A stretch of 64,000 nt of DNA from Octopus vulgaris (GCA_951406725.2 OX597817.1:115072001-115136000), one strand, 5' to 3'. Positions 1-12,570 are shown, numbered from the stretch's first letter. Numbers and translations are program-made. The notes: generated by a model from the sequence alone, not told the origin.

Positions 1-405
1 GGTTCGGATAGTTGTTTGTGAAACAGCCAACAGTCTAGTAGGTGAGATTTAATAAACAAATATAATTGTTCTCCCAAATAAGACTTTTTAAAAAATTTAT
101 CGTCTATTTCTAGATAAAGTATCTTTGTTTTAGTTATTTTCTCTGAAAGTTAATTTTTAAGTTGTCATATACAGCTATTTCATCTCTTACGTCACCAATT
201 AGTTACTGAAAAAAGAAAAGAACGGAAAGAAAAACAAAACGTTCAATTACAATCGTTCCTAAATATCGGAAGCTTTTTTGTCTTATCTAAATTTAGTTAG
301 TTCATTAAAATTCGTAACATTTTTATGAAGTTAACTCAAAACGGTGAGCACATCATACTGATTTGATGGTCAACCTTAGCGTAACTAGCCTTGTAATCAA
401 CACGG

Positions 406-438
<33 letters not shown>

Positions 439-507
439 ACGCACACATACACACACACGCACACACTCAACACACTCACACACACACATATATACACACA
501 TATATAC

Positions 508-540
<33 letters not shown>

Positions 541-683
541 AATACATATAAGAGAGTTTATGTATAAAATATTATAATATATTATAAAATATTATAATAA
601 TCCAGGTTTCTCTGTGCACTGGGCCACTCGGTGTTGAATAGCGTTACTATTAAATTAGTATCTAATTCTATCACCCTTATTAA

Positions 684-721
<38 letters not shown>

Positions 722-724
<3 letters not shown>

Positions 725-884
725 AAACGCACACAGGAGGTTTGTATTTATGCTAATATTAATATCATAATGAAACAAAGAGGGGTATTAAACCATTATA
801 TAATGTTGTAATAAAACTCTTTGTTTCATTATGACATTAATATTAGCATAAATTTTATTATAGAAACCTCCTGTGCGTTTTTAC
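722..884. repeat. (TA)n-adjacent fold-back element with ~60 bp inverted arms
   Basis: Arm 722-782 (gtaaaacgcacacaggaggttt...tgctaatattaatatcataatgaaacaaagag) is the near-perfect reverse complement of 817-884; ~35 bp spacer. Confidence 0.8.
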
Positions 885-941
885 TTATATTTTTTCTTAA
901 ATATCTACAACCACGTGTAAACAAGATCTGACAACTTTATG

Positions 942-976
<35 letters not shown>

Positions 977-977
<1 letters not shown>

Positions 978-1590
978 TAGCAGTTAATCCCAGCTTCACC
1001 CGGTCGGTTTGGATGATATGGTTGTAAAACCTGCTCTGTCTAAGCATTCGGCTTGTTTGGGCACGCTTACGTTAAAAAACAATTTTAGAATGACTTTTCT
1101 GTCAAAACACTAAAAATAACTGACCAACAAAAAGAAAAGAACAACCAAGATCCAACCAAATCGAAAAAATAAACTCAAATACTAAGCGAACAAAGATAAA
1201 CCATCCCACCTTCATTGCGCGCACGCATGCACACACACAAACACACTCACAGACACATTCACATACCCCCGTTTACATACACACATATATTCACACAGAG
1301 ATAAAAACGGTGTTTGATTTATTTTTCAACGTACAATTTTCATCATCCCACTATCAAGTATGACATCACCTCTTCCTTCATTATTCATCTATCACCCCTT
1401 CCTTTCTCATTCATAAACACAAGAGTATTATTATAGTAGACTATCTCGGTAACCATGGCATCTATGAAAAGATACAAAGCCCAGCAACACCACTAGATCA
1501 TTCTACACAACTGTGTAATTTTTCGCGCAAGTCCACCCAGCCGTTTTACCGTGAATCCAAAGACAAGAAAGAATCGCCCTTGTCAAATTC
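977..1590 (-). mobile_element. Non-autonomous Helitron-like element inserted in (TA)n
   Basis: CTAG terminus at 977-980 directly after (TA)n, followed by a GC-rich subterminal hairpin remnant (cccagcttcacccgg); internal (CA)n; far end '...cagccgttttaccgtgaa...' resembles HINE/DINE-1-like ends; exact 5' end unclear. Confidence 0.55.
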
Positions 1591-1610
1591 ATATATATAT
1601 ATATATATAT

Positions 1611-1817
<207 letters not shown>

Positions 1818-1820
1818 GAA

Positions 1821-2090
1821 GGTGCGTTGGCTTAGTTAGTGGTTAGTGTATGCGGCTCACGATCGCAAGGTCGTGAGTTCAATTCCTGGCAACGAGTTGT
1901 TTCCTTGAGAAAGGCATTTTATTTCAGATTGCTCCTGGCAAAAGTGAGTAGTACTTGTATTTCAAACACGCTGTGCCACGCTGAATCTCCCCGAGAACTA
2001 CGTTAAAGGTATACGTGTCTGGAGTCCTCAGCCGCATGAACGTTAATTTCACATGCAGACTGTTCTGGTGATCGGATCAACTGGAACTCC
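1821..2090 (+). mobile_element. tRNA-derived SINE, family C
   Basis: A-box-like tggcttag..tggttag, B-box gagttcaattcc, then central ttgtttccttgagaaaggcattttatttca; relatives at 22135, 33020, 40221, 43250. Confidence 0.75.
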
Positions 2091-2316
2091 CACACAGACT
2101 CACTCACACGCACATCGCTAGCATTCGTCAATTCGTCAATTTCTTGAAAATGGGGTCATAACCCCGAAATATTGTATATAAATTAAGTATATATTAATTC
2201 ACTTATTTGTTTTCTTTTGATTTACCTTGCATTTATTACGCATTGTTTTGGCCTTACCCATGATCTTTTTATGCAATATATTCTGCTCAATGCTTCACAG
2301 TAATTATTCCATTGTA

Positions 2317-2350
<34 letters not shown>

Positions 2351-2916
2351 ATTTGCACAACTCTCATCTCCTTCACTGCAGATTCGAACAAATCTGCTAA
2401 CTACCTCCTGTTATATAAGTTTGAATAAGCTACCTATTCTTCCCGTAGAATCCTGGGCAATAAGAGGACTTGTGGAAACCATACATAATCTCAGAATTGA
2501 TATGCCTTTTTACTATATATGTTTTGTATGTGATAAACATTAAAAAAAAATCTGTTTCATTTGTTTCTCCTAGACGATTGCCATAACTCTGAAATCGTTA
2601 AATATTTCACATGCTAGAACAGAGTAGCTCATCATCTGTCGCTTTGCTGACAGCATGACTGTAAAATTTAAAATTTAAAATTCTTTGTTCGTTCAAAATG
2701 TTAACTTAATAAAAAATATATTCAGTTTTTAAATACAAATAGTGTCTGAGAGAATTTTAAAACTATTAACTCTATCCCGAGTTTCATTTTTAGAAAAATA
2801 GATGTTATATTAGGTGTTTTTCAAATTTGCTATTTTAATGAAATTTAGGTTGTCTTTTTCAGCTTAATAAATAAAAATGTTAATATTGTTTAACTAAAAA
2901 CATGCATGGTTATATA

Positions 2917-3200
2917 GGTGCAGGCATGATTATGTGGTAGTGGTAAGAAGTTTGATTCCAGATCCCATGGTTTCAGATTCAGTGACGTCTACTATAGTCT
3001 CGAGCCGAGTAAAGCACTGTGAAGGGATCTGGGAGACGGAAACTGAAGCCTATGTATATATCATTGTGTGTTTTTATTTGTTTCTCATTACCACTTGACA
3101 GTCAGTCGGTCTGGGTTTGTTTACGTCCCTATAACTTAGCGGTTCGGTATAAGAACATAAGATTAATACCAGGCTTACCAAATTAAATGAGTACTGGGGT
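2917..3200 (+). mobile_element. tRNA-derived SINE, family A (diverged copy)
   Basis: Aligns with cleaner copies at 15757 and 23357 (gtggtaagaag..catggtt..gacggaaactgaa..cttagcggttcgg). Confidence 0.75.
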
Positions 3201-3338
3201 AGGAGGCAATGGCTTAAAGGAGTAGCCAAAGTTCTATTTTCATTATTACGATGTGCTTTTCAGGTTGCTTTAAAGGATGCAGGGTGTGAGTAACCACAAA
3301 AAAATCTTCCACGCTCGGGAATCCGCACATTTGTAATA

Positions 3339-3888
3339 TTGGGTTGTCCGGACAGTTCGTGCCGATTTTTAAAGGAAAGAAAAAGGTCAATAAATACTTG
3401 CCATTACATTTTTAATTAACCAAATATGAACCATTTTGTTGCACAATGCGTCTCGATCTTTCCTTTAACTTGAAAATGCCCTTTTCTCAGAATGTAGGTG
3501 GTTTCATAGCAAATAATTCATCAAGGTATCTTTTTACGTCATCCAAGGAATTGAAATTTTTACCATTAAGACTATTCTGCATAGACCCGAATAAGTGGAA
3601 ATCCGAAGGAGAAATATCTGGGATAATGCATATCAACCGAGCTGCAGCAATTTTTGTCTGGTTCCCAAAGCATCAAGTGCCGAAAATGAACTTTCTTACC
3701 TTCTATTTTAAAGGGTTACAGAATTAACACAGGTTATAAGAACATAAACATTCTTTCACGAAAAGATAGCTTAAACTGTGCTCTAAATGGAGGTGTAGTC
3801 AAATCCTATTTTATGGACTCAACCGTGTTCTAACATAAGTCGAAAGGTAAGCTACTATAAATCGGCACGAACTTTCCGGACAACCCAA
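3339..3888 (-). mobile_element. Internally deleted mariner (550 bp) with both TIRs and TA target duplication
   Basis: TIRs ttgggttgtccggacagttcgtgccgattt / aaatcggcacgaactttccggacaacccaa, TA at 3337-38 and 3889-90; minus strand reads GKKVHFRHLMLWE then PDISPSDFHLFGSMQNSLNGKNFNSLDDVKRYLDELF (mariner YSPDLAPxD C-terminal region). Confidence 0.92.
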
Positions 3889-3937
3889 TATTTGTGGCAG
3901 ATAATGAATGCCATAATTATTTTTAATGATAACTACC

Positions 3938-4116
3938 ACGGGCTTCTTTCAGCTTCAGTCTACCAATGCTACTCACAAGGTTTCAGTCTCCGTCTACCAA
4001 ATCTACTGACAAGTGTTTTCTATAATAGAAAATACTTGCCCAGGGTACCACGCGGTGGGACGGAACTCAGAACCATGTGGTTGGGGAGCAAAATTCTTAT
4101 CGCACAGCCATTTCTG
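3938..4116 (-). mobile_element. SINE family A
   Basis: Reverse complement of family A head (tggctgtgcgataagaat..ccacatggttctgagttcc); small internal duplication of the gtctaccaa..ctcacaag segment. Confidence 0.8.
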
Positions 4117-4120
4117 TGCT

Positions 4121-4164
<44 letters not shown>

Positions 4165-4166
<2 letters not shown>

Positions 4167-6960
4167 CTACAAAATTAGAAAATGGAGAAACATACTTAAA
4201 TCAATAAAACATCAACTATCAGATGATACCCAATCAATACTTTATTACACCATTACATATCAGTAAAGGCATTATACAAAATATATAGTAAATATAAATA
4301 GACAAGGAAATAGAAATATAAAATATAAAATATAATATGTAATTATATCATATCTGACAGCTGTTTCGGCAGTAAGGGCAGTCATCCCTCATTTAACCTA
4401 TAAGCCATAAAGGCAGGTATAAATGAGTCATTAACAAGGATGCCCCACGGCCTCTTCACAGAATTTAATTTGTTATAATTGTGAAAAAATTATTTTTTCA
4501 TATACATATAAATATAAAAATATAAAAATGCAAAATATAAAAACTTGTGCATAAACTCCATAATGCTACACATATATAATACTCATTGATACAATAATGC
4601 AAGGTAAACAAAACAAAATAAAACAAAATATATATCAGTGTATATATTAATATTAATAAGCACAGTTATTTTACATATTTGGCTAATAGTTCTAAAAACT
4701 AACACATAGGGAGATGTATGCGCACTACTATTTAAATTAAAATCATACCTATACCTGAAAATAATAATAAAAAACCATAGTCCAGTTCATAAAATTATAA
4801 ACCTATAAAAGTCAATATAAATTACTATTAATATTAATAATAATAATAATAATAATAGATACAGTTAAGTTTGCACCAAGACCATCCATTCAAAATCGAA
4901 ATAACTATGAGTTTAGTTATTCCGTCCGCTTGATATTGATTATTCTAGATTAATTCGATTGGCTTGTAGTTTGAAATTTGAATAACAAAAGAAATTTTAC
5001 GGTTGGTTAGTCAAGAAACGCAAATACGCACACGCACATCCACAGATCAATCGCACATACATACATGATTATATGTACACACACACACATACACTTATAC
5101 ACATACACATCCACAAGCAACCTCTAGCATAAAGATAAATAAAAAGGGGAGCAACTATACTGTCATCTAGTCTATCAAAATTATAACTATGCCTCAAATA
5201 ACAAAAAAGATCCACTCATATATTTCCATAAAATATTTATTTCAAAGATTTATATATTTATATATCAATATATCACGATGTTGGATGCTATTTCACTAGG
5301 TACCCTCCGTATTTAACACCGGTTTTTATCATAGTCAACATAACGGTTACTAGATTTACCGTAATTAGTTATGATTCATGTACGCTAAGTTATAAAGTAT
5401 AGATTAATTTTTATATTATAAATATATATCACTTTTTTACTTATTAAATTCTATGCCATTATAAACAAGATTAGGCATTAAATAATAACAACTGGGGGAC
5501 TCACTAATGCAATCGTATATAAGAAAATCACAGAAATTAAAAGATTGTAAATACTTAAGTTAAAATGTGATAAAATAAATAAGAAGAAATAATTACGATT
5601 ACACACATAATATAAGTACAAACCAGTATATATGTATTCATATATTATTAAGAAATAAATGATTGATATGTATGTATAAATCTACACTTAAATAAGTAAA
5701 TAAATAAATAAATAAATAAATAATTAGATGACTAAATGCAAAGATAGATACCATAGAGAACCAATTCAGATAAATTCATAGGTACAGGTACACCTAATAT
5801 ATAGTAATGCTAATATGCATATAACCACATATACATAAAACATAAAAGAGTATAAATGTAAATCAATAACATAAAATAAAGTTAAGATATATATTGAAGA
5901 AAGTACCAATATAAACTTAGTATACAGGCTAATACTATGAAAGTTTATACATGTAAATAGTGAGTAAAAAATTGGATAGATGGATAATTTAATGTACAGA
6001 TCCAGAAGACTATAAATATAGACTAAATATATAAGGCTGGTAATATTTATAAAGTCTAATGTTTGTAAATGAAAAGGTTTATTAGTAAATAGCATAAGAT
6101 ACAAATTAAGGTGAGTACAAAGAAAGACCAAATATACAATATAAACCTGCCAAATAAACACATACAAAAAACCTGGATTCTCATCCTAAACAAAACAAAC
6201 TCCCAAAAGGCTCTCATATATTGCACAATAGTATTACATTATCTAGAGCTAGGTAACTAACCATGATATTCATATACACTATGCAATATTAGAAAACTTC
6301 GAGAATCACATATTACAAGGCAAATACCAAAATGAATGTGTTATTACTTGTCATAGTGTATTTCCCTTAAAAACAAGACAAAAACCCACATACAAAAAAC
6401 AAAAAACAATTAATACTGGACACATCTATTATTATACATGTGTAGCTACAAAATTATATAAAATTATAAATTTATAAGTTGCATGCTTTAGAATTATAGA
6501 AGACCACTAGTATAGTTAGTTACAGAAGGGAGTTAAAAAATTATTAGTAGAAAAGCTAAGTTCTATCTGAATCTAGAGAAGGTGAACGGTAGTTTATGAA
6601 TGCAAAAAAAGTTCTTTTCATTTATGTTGTTAATAATATGCCTACCCGCTTTAATAATGAAAAAAATTTCATTAATACATAGAGAGCATTTTTTATTTTT
6701 TCCATTATACACAGGTGCTGAAGTTAGTATTTTCCAATTTAATCTAAAATCTAAGTTCTTACTTTTGAGTTCCCAAATGTATGCACTTAACCCTGTAGAG
6801 TACATTCTATTTTTATTTCTAAAAGTATATCTGTGATAATTCAGTCTCTGTTTCATGCTATTCATAGTTGCTCCGATATACACCCTACTACTAATTTGTG
6901 TATCCACAGTGCATTGGTAAACTACCTCCTTCCTGAGGCATTGATTACCAAACACACATT
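4165..6960 (-). mobile_element. 5'-truncated Penelope-like element (Naiad-type): GIY-YIG C-terminus plus ~2.4 kb AT-rich 3' region with hammerhead; (TA)n on both flanks
   Basis: GIY-YIG ORF 6563-6967 and hammerhead fold 4351-4464 on the same strand; (TA)n at 4125-4165 and 6978-7014; that the whole interval is one element is inferred. Confidence 0.65.
4351..4464 (-). ncRNA. Type I hammerhead ribozyme-like fold (C3G core variant, 85-nt stem II)
   Basis: Minus strand: auucu-GUGAAGA-GGC...GCC-GAAA-CAGCUG-UC-agaua; palindromic stem III ACAGCUGU; stem II pairs GGGCA/UGCCC, UCC/GGA, CUCAUUUA/UAAAUGAG, ACCU/AGGU, GCC/GGC. Confidence 0.65.
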
Positions 6961-6967
6961 TATACAT
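6563..6967 (-). pseudogene. GIY-YIG endonuclease domain of a Penelope-like retroelement (RT lost; ATG comes from the microsatellite flank)
   Basis: VVYQC...VYIGAT...KQRLNYHRYTF...TGLSAYIWELK...WKIL...KCSLCINEIFFI...CIHK: GIY-YIG motifs, conserved R and E, Cx5C end of linker Zn finger, C-terminal CxxC..CxH. Confidence 0.88.
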
Positions 6968-6969
6968 TT

Positions 6970-7019
<50 letters not shown>

Positions 7020-7111
7020 CAGCAAAATTTAGGAACGGCCATAATAGGCCGTTCAACCCACTAGAAATAGCAGCCAAGGCTTCAACCGCAAAACAATATT
7101 AATATATATAT

Positions 7112-7128
7112 ATAAAAGTATTTGATAC

Positions 7129-7185
<57 letters not shown>

Positions 7186-7204
7186 TAGTATCAAATACTT
7201 TTAT
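7112..7204. repeat. ~93 bp palindrome centred on (TA)n
   Basis: ataaaagtatttgatactatatttt-(AT)n-aaaatatagtatcaaatacttttat; the unique 25 bp arms are exact reverse complements. Confidence 0.9.
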
Positions 7205-7511
7205 GTAGATGTAAATAACAAATTTACTTAAAAATATACAAATTAAGAATTTTATCGAATGCAAAATTCTTGGTAATTTTCTAAATGCAGTGGCATTTGT
7301 AAACTGAAAAAAGCAAACTAAACAAATTTTGCATTATATTATATGAGTGAATGGGATGACCAGACATAATCCTTATAACTTCGGAAACATGCCTGGTGAT
7401 ATTTATCCTATTTTTTTACCCTCTGAATTCAAATGGTGCTGAGATCAACCGTTCCCTTCATCCCAGTGTGTGTGTATGTGTGTGAGTGTGTTTCTTTACG
7501 TATACACACAC

Positions 7512-7620
7512 ACATACATACATACATACATACATACATACATACATACATACATACATACATACATACATACATACATACATACATACATACATACATA
7601 CATACATGCATACATACATA
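7512..7620. repeat. (CATA)n microsatellite
   Basis: Read directly. Confidence 0.95.
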
Positions 7621-8342
7621 CTTAATCTGTCTGTCTGTCTTTATAATGTTGAATGCATGTCTCTAAGGGCGTAAGATTTAATCAAATCTACGTAAATGCA
7701 CATTTTTATCCGGACAAAGATAAACAAATATATCATGTTTATTTTGATTCATTGCATTTGGGGACAGTGAAATATTTCGGTTGTATTTAGCAATATATAT
7801 CCAGAAACCATGTACAAAGAAACACAACTACATACAGATATACATACATGCGTATATGCAGCCGCACATACATATATATAAATACATACACAAGCATACG
7901 CAAATACTTATATAAACAGATTAACAGAAAGAGAGTGAGAGAGAGAGAAAGAGGGTGGGTGAGAGAGAGAAGACAAGATAGTCAAGCGATAAATGACGGC
8001 CAATCCTCGTAGAATATGAATCATTACCAAACGAGACTAACACGGAAACTATCATCAGAGAATTAGCGTATGAAACAGCATGAATGCCTGGCTGCAGGTT
8101 AGACAATTTGATCAGAAGTGATTGTGTCTAATAAAAGAACGTCTTCTCGAGAAGACCACCTAGTGCCAGAAAGTATAAATAACGTTGATTTTTTTACAAA
8201 TTTAATACATAATATTTTGTTTCGTTCATCAGTTGAGAAACGTTGTAAGCGTATGTTAAAGGGCTTTTCTCCTAGCATGTAAACAACAGCAAATGACATG
8301 ATAACCTTAACAGAAAGCTACAGACGGACAAGATTTTAACTA

Positions 8343-8864
8343 CCGTAAATCCTCGAGTATAGTCCGCCCTTGTGTATAATACGCAGGGGATTTTTAGGGG
8401 GCTGTACCTTTGAAAAACGTAAAACTTGTGTATAATACGCACCCCTTCTCTAACTTGAGTCGTGCGTAATTGAGCTAGCAGCACCTAGTCGAACAAGCAC
8501 TTCCGCGCATGCGTAATACAATAATGGCGATGTTCTTAACTGTTATATGGGAAGGTAAATATGTTTGCAAAATGTTTTTGTTACATGTTATTCTGTGTTC
8601 TGAATACTTTTATTTTAATAAATGTTGCTTACTGCAAGTTATGGATGATTCTTTTATGACCTCATTGCTTTCAGGCTTAGCTTAAGGTATTTTCGCACGC
8701 GACATCACAAAATGCGTCTGTATAAACATTGCCGGACAGCAAATAGAGACTCGGACATTGCTTAGAAAATATTTTTCATTTTTAACCTCGTATATAGTAC
8801 GCACTAGGGATTTTGACCTTTAAATTTTAGGGAAAAAATGCGGATTATACTCGAGGATTTACGG
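8343..8864. mobile_element. pogo/Tc2-like MITE (522 bp)
   Basis: TIRs ccgtaaatcctcgagtatagtccgc / gcggattatactcgaggatttacgg; TA at 8341-42 and 8865-66; subterminal repeats gtataatacgca; no ORF. Confidence 0.92.
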
Positions 8865-10663
8865 TATTATTAATTGAAGTTGATCGGAGCAACAGTTTAT
8901 GAAATTATTTTACGTTGGGCTCCATAACTGGAATTCTTTCTGAACCAGAATTTTTTTCACTTCTCATGGCAAACAAAACATCAAGTTCTTATCAATGTGA
9001 TCTGTCAACTGATATACACTCAGTTTTTAAAAATTTTGATATTTCCTTTTGGTGCAATACGGTTGGTAACTTCAACTAATATCAGAAAAAAAAATCAACT
9101 TTTTCTTTGTTTCCGGCTTAATAGACACAAATAGGGAGTTCTGATTTAGTAGATACACCTTGTGTTATACCGGCAGTCGCTTATAAATTGCTTGTTCCTT
9201 TCACATTAGCTACAGATGCCAATCTAAATTCTTCTGCACAACTGATTTGCGTCTATGGCGACAGATATACCATTTATTTATGTATTTATTTATTTTACTA
9301 TACTTCAAACGCTTTTCTAAAATAGACCCAAACTTAAATTTCCATTTATAATTCATATCTCACAGCGTAATGTAAAATTCCGTTAGTTTATTTGAGGGCT
9401 ATAGCTGTAAATTAAATGAATACAAACCATCCAGCCATCCTGTTTCTTCGAATATTGAAAATTTTAGAAACTGTTATTTGAATGCGCCATAAATATGTAT
9501 GGAGAGAAGAACAGAGAGAAAAAGAGAACGACATAACTATACAAGAAGTGACGTCACAAACATTGCTACGCATTACTACACTTCTCTTCCGCCAATCTTT
9601 CGCTTGCAGCCATGTTTGCACATTTCCTCTCCAAACTTTCCCATCTCTATTTCTCTCTCTGACGCATTTTATTTAACGCGCACCTTTACTGTGCCTTTCA
9701 CGTCTTCAAATCTTTTCTTCGTATCTTCCTTCTCTCTGTCTGTCATTCTCTCTCTCTGTCTCTCTCTCTGTCTCTCTCTGTCTCTCTCTACTTTTCACTT
9801 TTCCAGTTCACACGTAACCTTTCTCCAACTGCTTAACCCTCTTTCGCCTTTGTTCTCTAACAATATCTTATACATTCTTCCTACTTCGACTATCAGACAA
9901 GCGGAATCTCTCTTTCTCTCTTCATTTTCACCCTCTGGCATGTATTATATTAAAACATTACTGATAGAAAATAATTTAATGTACAAATAAACACGTATTA
10001 TATTGGATATTACTCTTTTTGGCAGATTGTTCTGTCTCTCACTCTCCCTCACTTTGTATGTATGTATGTATGTATGTATGTATGTATATAGAGAAATGAA
10101 TAAAAGAATATGGATTGAACGACATTCTTTATTCCATATCACTACAATTCTTTCTGCTCGCCGTTGCATTTGTAGTACGTTCGTAAGATGATATAACTAA
10201 CATATTACGCAATCACTACCATCCATAAAAAGTGTAAAATGTGCTTATTCGAGTATTTTCATTAAGTTCTTTGTTAGATGAAACAGTCATTTCACTCCAT
10301 ACACGAATGAATACTCAAAGCAGTGTGCGATTATTAGCAATTTTCAGAAAATAGTACACTAATGTACTACATTAGGTGTGAGAATACGTAGAAACAATTG
10401 TAGTGTATGGGAGAAAGAATATAGGTCAATCAATTTTCTCTTATTCATTTCTTTGTATAAGCGCTACGGATACTATGGGATTCCAGATGTATATCAAGTA
10501 ACATGGGTATTCTCACTATATGATGACATTCGGTAGCCAGTGCCTGCGGATGAACTTTGTATAGCACACTGCAAGGCTTTTCCTCAAATTTTATTCGACT
10601 ATAGATATGCATGAATACATACATCATACATACACAAACACACGCATGTCCGCGCACACACAC

Positions 10664-10742
<79 letters not shown>
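10664..10742. repeat. (TATC)n tract, left flank of Tx1-like LINE
   Basis: Read directly. Confidence 0.95.
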
Positions 10743-11114
10743 AACAATCGAAAATAAAACAGCACCTGGAAAAATACCACCACCACCAACAACAACAAGA
10801 ACTAAAAGTACAGGAAAACCAAAGGAAGACACTAAAACAGATCCCGACTCCCCTAAATCACATACACCTCACACAATCAACAACCAACACAAACGAAAAC
10901 AACAACACAACCACTTACACAAACATAGATAGAGACTTACAACATGCCCTTACCCCCTTCCGATTGCTCAGAAATTTCATCCAAAGACGAAAGTAGTGAG
11001 GAATGGCAAATAACTAGAAAAGGAAGGAGGAAGAAGAGCGAAAAAAGAACCAAACCAAACACAAACGCGAACAAAGCAGGGAGATATACAACTCCCGGAA
11101 AATTTTCGAACTCT

Positions 11115-11447
11115 AACACAAACAACACCAACACCATCAACAACACCACAAAAATATTTACCGCAACTATGCTCACAGCCATAAACACTAAAACCACATA
11201 GTTGATGGAATGCATCAGATTTAACGGAAGATGACATGAAAACAAGAAATCACCGCACACAACACCACCAGAACACATCAAACACAAACAACACCAACAC
11301 CATCACCAACACCACAAAAATATATACCGCAACCATGCTCACAACCATAAACACTAAAAACACAGAGTTGATGGAATACATAAGATTTAACAGAAGATGA
11401 CATAAAAACAAGCAATCACCCGCACACAACACCACCAGAACACATCA
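11115..11447 (+). repeat. ~166 bp tandem duplication within LINE ORF1 region
   Basis: 11115-11280 repeated at 11281-11447 with scattered substitutions. Confidence 0.85.
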
Positions 11448-12570
11448 ACATTTTGCACGTAACACCGACCTTGCACCACACACTAAAATCCCTCTACTCC
11501 AATGCGGTAGGGGGATGTCAAAAATACTCTTCCAAAAAACTGTATAGCAACCTCCTTGATAAAAATCAAAGGAGGTGACAAAAATTTCGAACGGTAAGTA
11601 TCTCTCTGTTCCTTTCGTTTGTGTTTTAAAAAACACAACTCATTAGGATCATGATCAAGATTGGTTGTGTGCGCGTGACTTGGGGATCCCTTGGAAACGA
11701 GGATACCTCTTAAATGACAAAGTCACACGAGTGAGGAATTATAGCCATAAGTGAGACCAGACTCCATAACCCACGGGCCCTAAAATCCATGTTTGGCGAA
11801 CAGTTTAACATTTATTTTTCTCCCTGTCTGCTGAGAATGGGCGGTAGTGACACGGTGGTACTTTTTCGGAAGAGTCTGGATCTCGAAGTAAAGACAATAT
11901 TCGTAGACCCGGAGGGTAAACTGGTTGTCCTTGATGTCGACGGCAGCAATGAGTGTGCATTTCGTCCCCCTTCAGTCTATGCACCGCTAACAGGTCGGCC
12001 GGATTTCTTTCGACGTCTAGAAGTATTCCTAGGAACGCCTTGTCCTTTACTTTTAGTGGGGGGATTTGAATGCTACCTTGGACACGCATCTAGACTACGT
12101 GGGCAGAGATAGAAATAGACGGGAATGCAAATTCCTCAGAGACCTGCTCAGAGGCTTTCAACTGTCTGACAGGTACCGACTCGACCACAAAAATGCGCCA
12201 ACGTGGAGATCTAGATAAAATATTGTGTAGGACATTAGATAGGGATAGCTTAGTATGTCCACAATTCCACATAGTCAGCTACACGGACCACAAACTTGTG
12301 ACGTATACGCTAGACTTAGATAAGGCACATAGTCTCTTCGAGACCGAATTAGCACGCTAGTAAAGAGGGTTTTGACGGGAGCCATCATCAACAACAAATG
12401 GTGGTTTGCCCTGTAGAGAGCAATAAAAGCAGAAGCGATTAGGTATAGCAATACACTAGCGATTGATAGAAACAGAGTAGAGGGTGACCTAGTTAAGAAG
12501 AGGCGATTAGAAGTGGCATAGCATCCGACATTTTGGCGCCAAACACGAAGGGTGTGTTATCAGGGCTAGG

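Noticed and set aside
5766-6167. 133 aa hydrophobic ORF
   Set aside because: T-rich low-complexity strand of the Penelope 3' region; composition artefact
7061-7072. ctagaaatagca matches the engineered Cas9 sgRNA scaffold loop
   Set aside because: Only 12 bp; flanks do not match the scaffold; motif recurs in native repeats
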